This document shows positions 47,781-60,355 of a stretch of DNA of 64,000 nt, piece after piece (the stretch's first letter is position 1; every line of letters starts with the position of its first letter). Below the pieces are notes generated by a model. That model had not been told where the DNA came from, made no database searches, and saw only the letters and a list, made by a program, of their open reading frames with translations. Source of the stretch: Prorocentrum cordatum (taxonomy: Eukaryota); NCBI GenBank assembly GCA_963575745.1, contig CAUYUJ010000203.1, positions 310,001 to 374,000 on the forward strand. The letters are read 5' to 3'. A program made the translations under genes and the position numbers.

Positions 47781-50519
47781 GGGTCCGCGTACACGTCTGA
47801 TCCGACGGACACCCCACAAGCCAACAACATTGGCGACGGCTGTGTTTTTGGTTGGCAACCCCCGAGGAAGCCGCGATGTCCCGTCTGGACCCGCATGCCC
47901 CCCCCCCCCCCCCCCTTGGCTGAGCCTCCCAAGAGCACCCGAAAATTACGACAATTGCTCCGTTAGCAGCCCCCCCCAGGTCAAAAGAGGAGGGAGAAAC
48001 CCAAAGGCACCGATACGGCTACTCCCTGGACCTCTCCCGGAGTGCGTTCGGACCAGACTTGCGAGGCGAACCAAGCGGTGGCGACGAGGGCCTCCCAGGA
48101 GGCCCAGGAAGGGGAAAACGAGGGAGGGGCAGCGGTACGGGTTGGCGGTGCGCACAAGGGGGTGGAGGGAGGGGGAGGGCTTCTTTGAAGGAGGCTGCTT
48201 CTTAGAAGGCGCCCGCCTTACATTTATAGATGAGGCCCGCGCCTTCTAAGAAGCAGGGGTGCTTCTAAGAAGCTCTCCCCCCTCCCCCCTCCCCCCTCTG
48301 CGCGTGGCCGAATGGGTGCCTCTTCCTCCTCGGAGAAGCGGGGCTCGCCCCCTGGGCGAGACGCGACGGCGCCGCCCGCCGCGTGGAGGCGGCCGACGGG
48401 GCGCAGAGGCCGACGGCCCCCGCGCGCCCCCCCGCCGAGCCCGCGTGGCCCGCGTGGCCCGCCGCGCGCCCGCTGAGCGCCGCCGCCCCGCAGCACTTGA
48501 GCAGGTCGAGCGGGCCCCCCTGGCAGGACGCTCCGCTGCTCCTCGCCCGCCTCCGCCGTCACTCCTCCCGATCCTCCCCCTGTCCCTCCTCCTGATCTCC
48601 TCCTGAACTTCCCCCTTCCCTCCTCCCGATCCTCCCCCTTGCCTCCTCCTGACTCCTCCCTGTCGCACCCCGAGACTTGTCGATAGGGCGGGCCGGGCGT
48701 CTCGCCTGAGACTTCTGCACCATGTACGATCCTTAACTAAGAATTTGAAACAGCTTCACGGATGGAGGCCGGCTCCTTTTCAAACTGTGGCTCTCGCCTG
48801 AGCGCCGCGCGCATTCGTCTCAAAAGTTTGCTCGGCGGGCGGGTCCTGTTCAAAATATGGCTCTCGCCTTAGCGCCGCGTGCAATCCTCCTAGGAGTTTA
48901 CAGCATATTCAAGGGTTCTGATGGTTGACGTCCAAGAAATTGTGTTTCAGCACGATGTAGGACTGTCAGGGCGCCACAGTCACGGTGATTCGCGGTGTTG
49001 AAGTCCCAGGAAAGTGTTTTGGCACGGATCAAGATTTTCAGACTGGTATCTTCCATTGAGGCACTTCCCCCAGTGAAAACAAACCATTGTAGGGACATGT
49101 GAGCGGGGGAACTTGGAGGGAAGGCTTGATGCAATCTCGTTGATGAGTCATGGGTTTGCACTGGTCATCCTCCTTATCCTCCTTCTCCTCCCCTCCACGT
49201 CAGCCTCCCCCTGCCCAGTTCCCCTCGCCATGCAAAAATCACCAGGGAAGGTGTTTTACTATTTTCGGCCTCTGGGGGCCCTCGCCAGGCCCCAAGACCG
49301 TCAAGAAACGACTGAGGATGGAAAACTGGTCTCTGGGAATGGGTCGAACCCTCTGGGCCCTCTGGGGATCAACGTTGCGCAAAAATCACGACGTCGGGGG
49401 TCTGGGTTCTCCTCCCCCTCCCCATTCCCCCCCCCTCGTCCTCTGTCCCATCCTCTTCATCTTCCACTACTCCCGCGCGTCCTCCTCCCTGTCTCCCCTC
49501 GTCCCCACCCGACTACTACACATTCTGAATACTACTCTCCTACCGCGCGCGACTCTGTCCGGAAGAGGTCCGCCCTCTCAGCGTACTGTCCTCCTTTGCA
49601 CACGGGAACTCAAACATTGGTTCCCTCATGCTGTCATACGACCCTTGCTGTTTTCTAAGATTCAAGACGGTGCTCCCGATGCAGCGTGTGTCTCAAGTTT
49701 GAAGCGGCGCTCTGCTTCCGCGTGGGGATGGCGCTCTTGCCCCAGCGAGGGCCACCTTTCCGGACCCGAGATCTCTTACTTAATTGATGCGTTTCCTCTC
49801 CTCCACCCTGCACTGGTCCTCCTGCTCCTCCCGCTCCTCCCGCTCCAGTTCCTCCTGCTGCTGTTCGTCTTCCTCCTCCTCCTCCTCCTTCTCCTGCTCC
49901 TCCTCCTCCACCCTCCTCCTTCCTCGTTTCCTTTTTCCCCTTGCTCATCATCCTGTTCATCCGCCACCTCCTCCTCCTCCTCCTCCTCCTCTTCCTTCTC
50001 ATGTTTACGCAGCTCATATTTTCCGATTGCTATGACACGCGTCCGAGGGTAAGGGATGGGATGGAGGGATAGGACGTCAGATATGACGCCAGCGCAACTA
50101 ACCTGTCCTTGTTCCACTCCTCCGTCCCTGTCCCCACCCCCCCGCCGCCTTCTCCAACGTACGTTGTTTTACGTTTGGCCCACCTACTAGCGCGCACCCC
50201 GCGGCCGGGCATGCAACCTAGTCTCCTATGTTATCCTCTTCTTCGGATCTTCGACCTTTCAACATCCATTGAGCCGGAAACGCGACCGAATCGACTGGTG
50301 ACGTCGAAAACACGGGGCTCCTGCGCGTGATCTTTCCAAACGGATCTGGTCGGATTTGGTCGCAGCAGGCCATCGGACGATGCGGATTCGGATTGGCATC
50401 GGATCAGCGAGGGGGGGATGTCTGGGGAGGCGGGGGAGGGAACCACCAGATGCAGAAGAGGAGACGGACTGAGAGGAGTGGGAGGAGGAGGACGAGGGAC
50501 GAAGAAGGGCTAGGATGAT

Positions 50520-50760
50520 GAGTATGTTCATGCTGGCTTGAGCGGCCTCACAGACGGCGAGTCCCCGAACCAATCGGCACACATAGCTGGCACCCAACAT
50601 CCTCAACGGCTGCGACTGTACTGGTGCACATGTTGCTTCATAGGCGGCGGTCAGATCGCACATAAGTTCGACAGCGATGCCGTGATGCAGTGAACCCAGA
50701 GCGAGGCACGAAACTGCCCCCAGCCGAGCCAATCCGTTCGAACAGCGCCGCACAACGTAA
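50520..50760 (-). mobile_element. Possible non-LTR (LINE) reverse transcriptase relic
   Basis: AVELMCDLTAAYEAT...LRMLG resembles the DLxKA(F/Y)(D/E)xV motif of LINE RTs. Confidence 0.4.
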
Positions 50761-51314
50761 ACACAGAATCGATCGGAACTGCCCCCGTGGGGCAATTCGT
50801 GGGGAGCGATCGCGACCGCTTCAAGCGAGGGGGGGGGAGCCGCGGGGTCAGGGTCGATCGGTTGGAACCCTGCGGGTGCCAAGGGGGGTAGGTAGCAGCA
50901 TGTGCTTGGAAGGCACAACAGCACAGCCCGACTGCCAGGGAGGGAGAAAAATCAAGCGCAGAAACACTGTTCAACACATATGAGATAACGTGCGCCCCCC
51001 AACAAAAAAATAGAACAGGCATCGACCATCAAGATTGCCATCAGTGGAAGCCTCTCATCTGGACGACTGGCACTGGAAGCGCGGCGGATTGACTCGCACC
51101 GAAGTGTGTCTGAGACCGGTGCGAAACACTGCGCGCGCGCACGAGCCACTAGGGGCGCACGTAGCAGGGTGCCAGGGAGGGAGGGAGGGAGCGACAACGA
51201 TGGGAGGGAGGACGAGCGACAGCGATTGGAACGACCGAACGAACGAGTCTGCCAGCGCCTCAAGGGCGGCAGGCGCGCCAAAGGCGCTGGCCTCCAGGAA
51301 GGCCAAGCTGCTGC

Positions 51315-51500
51315 TCATATGTGAAGAGTATCGATATGTTTTAAGCGCCACATGTGTTGGGCGCGCTCATCTTCAGATATCTGCCATGTATCAAATTGTT
51401 TGGCCAACTTGCACCAACATTCCCAAACTGTGTTTTTGGCAAAAGCAGCTACGTCGTCCTCCCAACGGACGAACCGTCCTGGTCGAGCATCATGCATGGA
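51315..51500 (-). mobile_element. 3' end of an RTE-like LINE ORF2 (relic)
   Basis: ARPGRFVRWEDDVAAFAKNTVWECWCKLAKQFDTW resembles the RTE C-terminal RxxGRPxxRWxD...W...A.d...W motif. Confidence 0.55.
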
Positions 51501-52737
51501 GGCACCATGCAAAAGGGAAGGGCCAGTGACCAGGTCGCAATTGGGCCCCCGCATGCAGTGTGTGCAGGCGCGGGCGAGCCTCGGAAACGCGCGGTGCGCA
51601 CGCCCTCACGAACGCACCGAGCGAGCCAATCCGTCACCGCACCTCCTGGCACGCTGAGGCGTGGTGGAATGCCAAGTGCTGTCTGGTAGTTTGTCTCAGA
51701 GAAAAGAAGATGAACATGAAGCTTTCGGAACCCCGCGCCGATCTAAGGGACCCTCTCTTGATCTCCCAGCGCCGATCTAAGGGGCCCCGCGCCGAATTTT
51801 CGTCCTCGATCCTCGGGATCCCCCCCTCTCCCTCTCCCCGCACCCTCCCGCGCGCATCGCCCCCTCCCCCGATGGGGCTCCCGGGCGCCATTCCTCCCTG
51901 GCGCCCTCCAGGGCGCCCAAGGCGACTTCCAAGATGGCCGAGGCATGCCACCGAGGCCGCCAGGACGGCCAAACCATACCCTTACGGTGTACCCAACAGC
52001 TCCCCAGAAGCGCCGAACAGATCGCAAGAGGCACCAAGAGGCACCAACACGGCCCCTAGGATGCTCTACCGGAAGCCCTCCAGCGGCCAAAAACGTGATT
52101 GTGATTAATCAACTTCCATGTGTGTTGCTTTCCACGCACTTCCAGCCTCCAGAGGGACCAAAGACGGCCTCCAAATGCCCCAAGAATTATGGCCCCACGA
52201 CGGCCGCAAGAGACCACCCAGGACGGGCAAGAGGTGGAGAAGAGAGGTGGAGACGAGAGGAGTCATATGCAACAGCCTTGCGGGCGATGCTCGAAGCGTC
52301 GGCGCACAGAGTGCTGGCACAGTGGCGGATTTGCCGCAGGCAACTGGATATCTAAGCAGTGGGGAAGAAGGATCATGACGACACAGGGCGAGGCGATCCA
52401 CCTGATCGAATCGCTGGAGGCAGTTGGGGGCGCGGTGATCCAACGATCCGATGTGTCAACAATCCTGCCACGAAGCTCCCTCCAATGCACCCAGCGACTC
52501 CTGCTCCATCCCACCGCCTCCCCTGCCAATCCTTCCCCGGCCCTCCTTGCACCTCCTCCACCCTCCCCATCCCATCCAACTGCCCAACCCCCATTTTCGG
52601 TTCTCCACCGCCCGCCCCTGCAGCCCCCTCGCCCCTGTCTCCTCCCTCGCTCCCCTCCTTCCCTCTCCCCATGCCCCAATTCCTCTTCCCTCCAATTGCC
52701 CCGCTGTCGCTCCCCAGGGCACCTCCCTTTGCTTCAC

Positions 52738-52939
52738 TCGGCGGCGAGCCCTGGGGGAAGTGAGAAGGGGCGGGCCTTCTCAGAAGGCTCCGAAGTCCCA
52801 GTAGGTTTTCTGTAAAATTTTCTGAGCCTTCCCCAAAGAGACAGAAAACGTCTCGGAAAGAAAGCGCGAGGGCTTCTGAGAAGTCCCGCCGCCTTCTTAG
52901 AAGGCCTTCTTCTTCGCACTTCCCCCCCTCTCGCGCCGA
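52738..52939. mobile_element. Palindromic MITE-like family A copy
   Basis: TCGGCGGCGAGCCCTGGGGGAAGTGAGAAGGGGCGGGCCTTCTCAGAAGG ... CCTTCTTAGAAGGCC..CACTTCCCCCC.CTCGCGCCGA. Confidence 0.75.
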
Positions 52940-52940
52940 C

Positions 52941-53092
52941 GACACGCACACACACACACACACTCACACTCACACTCACACTCACACTCACACTCACACT
53001 CACACTCACACTCACACGCACACGCACACGCACACGCACACGCACACGCACACGCACACGCACACGCACACGCACGCACGCACGCACGCACA

Positions 53093-53170
<78 letters not shown>
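52941..53170. repeat. Compound (CA)n/(CACT..)n/(CACG)n microsatellite
   Basis: Directly visible. Confidence 0.97.
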
Positions 53171-56100
53171 ATCCTACCCCCCCCCTCCCTGCTCTCCTCG
53201 CCCTTCTCCCATCCCCCCTCCTCTGCCCTCCACTCCCTTTCCCTCTCCTGCCTGCCCTGCACTCTCCACCCCTGCCCTCTTCCCCTGTCCTCCTCTGGAA
53301 ACCACCGCCGAGGTGGGCTGGAACCACCTCTGGGAACTGTCCCTGCACACGCCCCAAAAAGCCTGGACACTCCCCCTGTCACCCATGCCTGCTCCACTGC
53401 CCCTCCCTTCCTCCTTCCCTCCTGCTTCTCGCTCCTTCCCCTGGAGCTGCTGCTGCTGCTGCGTCTCCTGCTTCTCGTCTGTGTCCCGAGCAGTGGCCAG
53501 GGTGCCTGATCGACAAAAGGCAAGAACGCAGACATTCGACGATGTGAATTTGTCAATTCTCGGCCCCACGAGGATCCGACTCGTGTTCCTGGGCGAATTG
53601 CCCACTCTGGGTCCATGTCTGATCGTCCCAAGGCCCGATACTGGCCCCGGAGATCGCAATCGGGAAAAAACGCCCAGATTGAAAAAAACATGCCGTGGGA
53701 GAACTGGGAGGTGGTCCGAGTGGACGACTGAGCGGCACCTCTTCTCTGACCTCAGGGACCGCCGTACTGTGTGGGCGATTTCGCAAGCAGGTCGAAAATG
53801 TCCGCCCTACTTTCCAAGCTCCTCTGATGCCAATGTCGGCCCTGCCTTGCTGTCTATGTTCCCGCCACACCTTTGCGGACATATCCGCGCTACTTCGTTC
53901 TTTGAGGCGAAGATTTCCGCCCTGCTTGTCCGCATCGTTTGGGGTGAATTTCCAGCACACGTGCAAGTAGAACAATCAACCAAAGTATGGCGAATCTAGA
54001 GCAAGGGCCCCTGCCTCTCAGCTACACACAGGAGTGACCCTGGGTAAGTGTGTGACCTTTGGTGCGCGGCTTTTGGGGGGCCGCGGTGAGCATACACACA
54101 AGGTCGCAAGACGCTGCTATTGCGTCGCGGCCGGCAATCTGGGGAGCCCCGTGGGCCCGCACCAAAAGTCACTCCGGCCAAGGGCCACTCCCCAGACATC
54201 CGACGTCTCGATTTTTGTCGAGACACGGGCCCCCGAAGTCCCGACCGCTTCCCCAGAACAAGTTTTGCATCCCGAGTCGTCTTTGGACGGCCCCGAGGCC
54301 CAGCGAGGGCCCCAGGAGGCCGAAAACTATGAAAAACATCTGTCTCGATTTCTTCGAGACGCCCGATGCCTGGGTCCCCAGTTTTTTCACACAAAGTCGA
54401 ACCCCAGAGGTCTGGACCCCTTCCCCGGGACCGGTTTCTCGTCCTGAGTCGTTTTTCGACGGTCCCGAGGCCCAATGAGGGCCTCCACAGAACGAAAATA
54501 ATGAAACATTTCCCGTCGTGATTCTTTCACAACGCCAGGGGTCTGTGTCTCACGTGCAGTTGAGTTTCTCCCTCCTCAGCCGACCCCGCCCGCAGGAGGA
54601 GGAGGAGGAGGAGGAGGAGCAGGAGGAGGAGGAGGAGGAGGAGGAGGAGGAGGAGCAGGAGGAGGAGGAGGAGGAGGAGCAGGAGGAGGAGGAGGAGAGA
54701 AGAGGCCAGACGTGCAGCCGAATTTCTCCCTCCTCGTCCCCATCGCCGGGCCTTCTTTCCGGGGCCCGGCGGCCGCGTCCTCCCGGTGAACGCGGGGACG
54801 CCCGGGGTCGGGAATCGCCACGGCGCCCCGGGGGGGAGGTCGGGCCCCCCCAGCAGCTGGCCAGTCGGGGGGATTCCTCCCGTGGAAGGATCGATCGATC
54901 GGCCCAGACCCCTGGCGAGGCATGAGAACACCACGATGGCAGGTTACACTCACTATTCGCGGCCTCTGGGGGGCCTCGCCGGGCCTCGGGGCCGTCAAAA
55001 AACAGCCCAGGATGAGGAACCGGTCCCGGGGAATGGGTCGAGAATATTCTGGGTGTCGCCGTCATGGCAACATCAAGACGTCCAGGGTCTGGGGATCGAG
55101 CTCTCGGGCCAGTTCGGTGCTGCTCCCCCTTGACTGGAGCTGAGGTCCACTAAAAAATCTAGTTTGGCAGTAGCTGCGATCGCTTTGTGGAAAGGGGGGT
55201 CGCTGGCGCCATGTGACGCCATGGCCCTACCTGCACCGACTCTCCCCGCGGAGGGGTCCGCGAGGGGAGTAGGACGAGGGCGGGGACGAGGTAGAAAGGA
55301 CGAGGGGGGAAGGACGAGGCAGGAGGAGGTCCAAAGGGGTCCGTCCAAGATCGCCTCCAAAGCCTCGGCGCTGAGTATCCAGCGACTCGTTTGGTCCCCG
55401 CAGGGGCAATTGCACAGCAATCTTCACGACATCGGCGATGGCGGTCAGATCAGATGGACGCAGCCCCCTGGCTAATTATAGGTGACCTGGAATGGGAGGC
55501 GGCTGGTGGGTCTGACCTGGATGGGGCCCCAGAAAATCAGTCCAACGGGGGAGGCACGCCGAATCCCCTCGAAGTCGGCCCTCAGACTGACTAAGACCCC
55601 TCTCAGACTCCTTCTGGCGCAATTTTCGCCCCGACGGACCTGGGGCCCGAAAACTGTCCCTGGAGACCTCAAAAGATGACAAACATCTTCTCGGACTCAG
55701 ACTCCCGGATCGGGGATCTACTGACCTGGGTTAATCCAGACCCAGTTCAATCAGGCGTTGAGGATCCTGCAAGATCCTGCAGGGCCCTGCAGGATCCTGC
55801 ACCCTGACCCGGGTCAATGTACCCTGGCTCTGCAAGATCCTGCAAAATCCGACCCCACCCCCGTCTCTTGAGCCCCGATCGAACCTCTTCCCAGCCTTTC
55901 TGGCTGGCCTGAACCAGTGCCAGGCCACATCAGGCTCCAGCCGGCTCCACAGCTGGAAGAGGTAGGAGGAGAAGGCACGAAGGTGCAGTGACAGGGGAGG
56001 TCTGTAATCGGCGATGCATCTCCGATAACAACCGGCGATGCAGTAGGAGCTCGACCACAAGAGCCCTTCCACAAGAAACCCAACCCTGAGACCCCAGGAC

Positions 56101-57272
56101 GTCCATTCATTTTGGGTGTATGGACGCTACGCTTCCCATCGCAAAATCATCGAAACCAAAGAAACCCAGGGCAACCTGGAGGCAAGCAGGGTGTGCCTTG
56201 GCATGGGTTCCCACTGTAGGCCCCCGATAGCGAATCCGCACATTCCTGGACGGGTTGGGCTTTCGGGCCCCTATCGGCCATGACTGCGCGTTTGGGGGTC
56301 ATGCATCCCTCCCTAAATCCGCCCCTAACGATGCCTCTGGAGTTCAGGTCATGACTCGGCACTCTAGCGGCCGTTCGGGGCGACCCGGGCACACCTGGAA
56401 AGCTCTCTCCGGGGCGCAGCTGCCAGAGAGCATCGCGGGGCGGGAGAAGGCGCCGAGAAATAAGGCGATGAATAAACACGCCCGACCACTTCGAGCCTGG
56501 AAACTTCGACCCTGAGCAGGGGGCGCCGGGACGCCCGGCCCCGCGATGGGTTCCATGGCGCGCCGCTGCCGCGAGCGAGGCGGGCCGCGCGCGAGCGCGG
56601 GCCTCGGCCGCGGGGGGGGCCCTGGAGCCCCAGGGGCCCTCCGCGCGGAATTCTCGCGCGAGGGGGGGGCCCCGGGGGCCTTTGGAGCCCAGAGGGGCGC
56701 CGCGGAGGCGCGGCGTGAGGAGGGCGGGGGGCGAGGAGGGCAGGCGGGGGGGAAGGTTTCTCGGAAAGAGCCTGCTTCTTAGAGGGCGCGGGCCTTGTCT
56801 GCAGATGTTACGCCCGCGTCCTCTAAGAAACCTTTGTAAGCAGCAGCCTCCTCCGAAGAAGCCTGTCTACAGGCAGAGCTTTAAAGACGAATTACTCCGA
56901 CGGTGAGACCCCACATGCAAATCCTCTCGGCGAATCTGGAAATAACCTTCATCGTCGTCCTCGTGATTGTTGAGGTGTCCTTACTGTCTCCTCTGCGTCA
57001 TTCTCCTCCTCGCCCTGAACTGGCTCTCCTCCCACTCCATACGTTGTCCTCTCCTCGCCTTCTTGTTCCCAACCATCCGGTGGTGTTGGGTCCTCGTTTT
57101 GAAGAGACAGCGCCCCGAGTTCCTTCCTTCCTTCTTTCCTTCCTTCCTCCTCCCCCCTCCCTCCTCCCGTCCTTGCCTCTGCCCTGCGCCTGTCCTCGTC
57201 GTCGTCGTCGTCATCATCATCCTCTTCAGCATCAGCATCAGCATCAGCATCATCGTCATTGCCATGTCATCG

Positions 57273-57319
<47 letters not shown>

Positions 57320-57384
57320 GACGTCATGATCACTACCCTTATCGTCACCATCATCGCCACCAATTTCGCCACACCCCTTACACG

Positions 57385-58980
57385 TTTCGTGGCCCCACAG
57401 GGAGCCACATCGAAGGCATCAACGGCGGTGTTCGCATGCGTCTCCCCCCACCCAGCACACGGTTTCGCGGCCCCATAGGGACGGCCACCTAAAGCCACAG
57501 TGGCGGTGTTCGCATGCGTCTCCCCCACCCAAGACAGCGTTTCGTTTCGCTGGCCCCATACGGAGCTCCACCTAAGGCCCCAGTGGCGGAGTTCGCATGC
57601 GTCTCCCCCGCCCAGTACGGCGTTTCGTGGCGTCATTGGGAACCCCACCTAAGGCCCGAATGGCGGTGTTCACATGCGTCCCCCCACCCAGGACACCGTT
57701 TCGTGGCCCCACAAGGAACCCCAATTCAGGTCCCAGTGGCGGTGATCGCATGCGTCCCCCGCGCCCAGGACAGTGTTTCGTCGCCCCACAGGGAATGCCA
57801 CCTAACTTCCCAGTGGCGGTGTTCGCATGCGTTTCCTCCATCCAGCAACGCTTCGCGGCCCCACATCGAGCTCCACCTAAGGCTGGCGGTGTTCGCATGC
57901 GTCTCCCCCACACAGTACGGCGTTTCGTGGCCCCAGAAGGAGCTACACTTACGGTCCCACCGGCGGTGTTTGCATGCGTCTCCCCCACCCAGTGCGGCGT
58001 GTCGTGGCCCCACAGGGAGCCCCACCTAAGGCCCGAATGGCGGTGTTCACATGCGTCCCCCCCGCCCAGTACAGCGTTTCGTGGCCCCACAGGGAGCCCC
58101 ACTTCAGCACCCAGTGGCGGTGTTCGCATGCGTCTCCCCCACCCAGGACAGCGCTTCGCGGCCCCACGGACCCCCACTTCAGCACCCAGTGGCGGTGTTC
58201 GCATGCGCTTCCCCCGCCCAGGAAAGCGTTTCGCGGCCCCACATCGAGCTACACGTAATTTCCGAATGGCGGTGTTCACATGCGTCCCCCCCACCGAGGG
58301 CGACGTTTCGTGGCCCCACAGGAAGCTCCACCTGAGGCCCCAGTGGCCGTGTTCGCATGCGTTTCCCCCACCCAGGGAAACGTTTCGTGGCCCCACAGGG
58401 AGCTCCACCTGAGGCCCCACTGGCCGTGTTCGCATGTGTTTCCCCCGCCCAGGACAGCGTTTCGTGGCCCCACAGGGAGCTCTACATACGGCCCCACTGG
58501 CGGTGTTCGCATGCGTCCCCCCCGCCCAGGACAATGTTTCGTGGCCCCACATCGAGCCACACGCAATTCCCGAATGGCGGTGTTCACATGCGCTTCCCCC
58601 GCCCAGTTCGGCGTGTCGTGGCGTCATTGGGAGCCCCACCTGAGGCCCCAGTGGCCGTGTTCGCATGCGTTTCCCCCGCCCAGGACAGCGCTTCGTGGCT
58701 CCACAGGGAGCTCAACATACGGCCCCACTGGCGGTGTTCGCATGCGCTCCCCCCCCCCCAGGACAGCGTTTCGTGGCCCCACATCGAGCTACACGTAATT
58801 CCCGAATGGCGGTGTTCGCATGCGCCTCCCCTTCCCAGTGCGGCGTGTCGTGGCCCCACAGGGGGCCCCACCCAAGGCCCGAATGGCGGTGTTCACATGC
58901 GTCCCCCCACCCAGGACAGCGTTCCGTGGCCCCACAGGGAGCCCCACCTAAGGCCCCGGTGGCTGTGTTCGCATGCGGCT
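57385..58980. repeat. 77-bp minisatellite, ~21 units
   Basis: TGGCGGTGTTC(G/A)CATGCG recurs at a ~77-bp period (e.g. 57661, 57737, 57814 ... 58807, 58884, 58960). Confidence 0.97.
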
Positions 58981-59275
58981 GCGTCTCCCTGCATGGCGCA
59001 CTGCAAAGCAGGCGCCGCCCCGTGGCCCACAGTAGGAGACACCCTCACACATTTCGCGCCCCCCCTCTAAAAAACGACCAAAGATTATACACTCGATCGC
59101 GGTACCGACAGCCGAATATGGTTGGGTCCTTCGCCAAGCTATTTTTTCGTCCCCCCCCACCTCCTCATGTTTCTATTGCACGAGCGCGCGTGAAGATTTT
59201 CCTCGGCGCCGTCTGCCTCGGCCGGCACGGGCGCAATATCTCATTGCCACATTGCGCCGCAGCCGTTGGGGAAAT

Positions 59276-59925
59276 CACTCACAAACGAAGTTCCCGCCTG
59301 AAATGTCGTCCATAATCACGCCCCAGGAGCCCCAAAGTGACGACAGCTACAAGGTTCCGATGATTCGCCTCGGTTTCCGGACATGAGCTGCGGGCCCCAT
59401 AGGGCGGAAGTTCCCGCCTGAGACTTCCTCGCGCCTCACTCACAGACGAAGTTCGCGCCTGATACTTCCCCCATATGCAAGCCTCAAGGGCCCCAAAATG
59501 ACGACGGTTGAAAGTTTCCCGACGACCCGCTCGGATTACAAACATGGGGCGGCGGCTCCTGCCTGAGACTTCCTCGCAACTTACTCACAGACGAGGTTTC
59601 CGCCTAATACTTCCCCCGTATACAAGCCTCAGGGGCCCCAAATTGACGACAGCCAAACGTTGTCCGAAAACCCGCTCGGATTGCAAACGTGAGCTCTGGG
59701 CCCAATAGGGCGGAGGTTCCCGCCTGAGACCTTCTCGCAATCCACTCACAGACGAGGCTCCCGCCCGATACTTCCGCCATACTCAGGCTTCAAGAGCCCG
59801 AAAGTGTCGACACTACAGGGTTCCGATGGCCCGCTAAGACTACTACAATGAAGTGTGGGCCCCATGGGGAAGGAGCTCCCGCCTGAGAACTCCTGGCAAT
59901 TCACTCACAGACGAAACTCCCGCGC
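59276..59925. repeat. Diverged ~160-bp tandem repeat, 4+ units
   Basis: ACTCACA(G/A)ACGA recurs at ~59277, 59438, 59583, 59744 and 59903. Confidence 0.9.
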
Positions 59926-59944
59926 AAGACGACACACAGGCAAG

Positions 59945-60355
59945 TGATGATGATGATGATGATGAGGATTGTGGTGATGTGAGTGATGCTGGATGAGGAT
60001 GAGGCAAATTATGATAATGGTGTGTGAACGACTGAGTGCGCGAGATAGCCACTCAGGGTAAGTGAGCGAGCGAGTGGAGAGTGAGTAAGTTATGCGTGAG
60101 TGAGAGTGATCGAGTGAGGGTGTGATGGTGATGTGGGTGTGAGAGACCGTCACCAAGAGACATCGTCATCACGGTCTCTCTCGCAGGGTGAATGAGTAAG
60201 ACATGAGTGAATGAGGGTGATCGAGTGAGTGCGAGTGAGCGAGTGGACGACGATGACGCTTGATGGTGCTGACGGGATAGTGGTAGTGACGATGATGATG
60301 ATGAATAATGTGATGGTTGATGGTGGTGATGTTGATGATGATGATGACGATGATA
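59945..60355. repeat. (GAT)n/(GAGT)n low-complexity region
   Basis: Directly visible. Confidence 0.8.

Noticed and set aside
41703..53170. (GT)n and (CA)n tracts as inverted ends of one large element
   Set aside because: These are common microsatellites with different internal composition, and a scaffold gap lies between them.
57385..58980. CRISPR-like repeat/spacer appearance
   Set aside because: The variable segments are homologous and recur, there are no cas genes, and the context is eukaryotic. It is a minisatellite.
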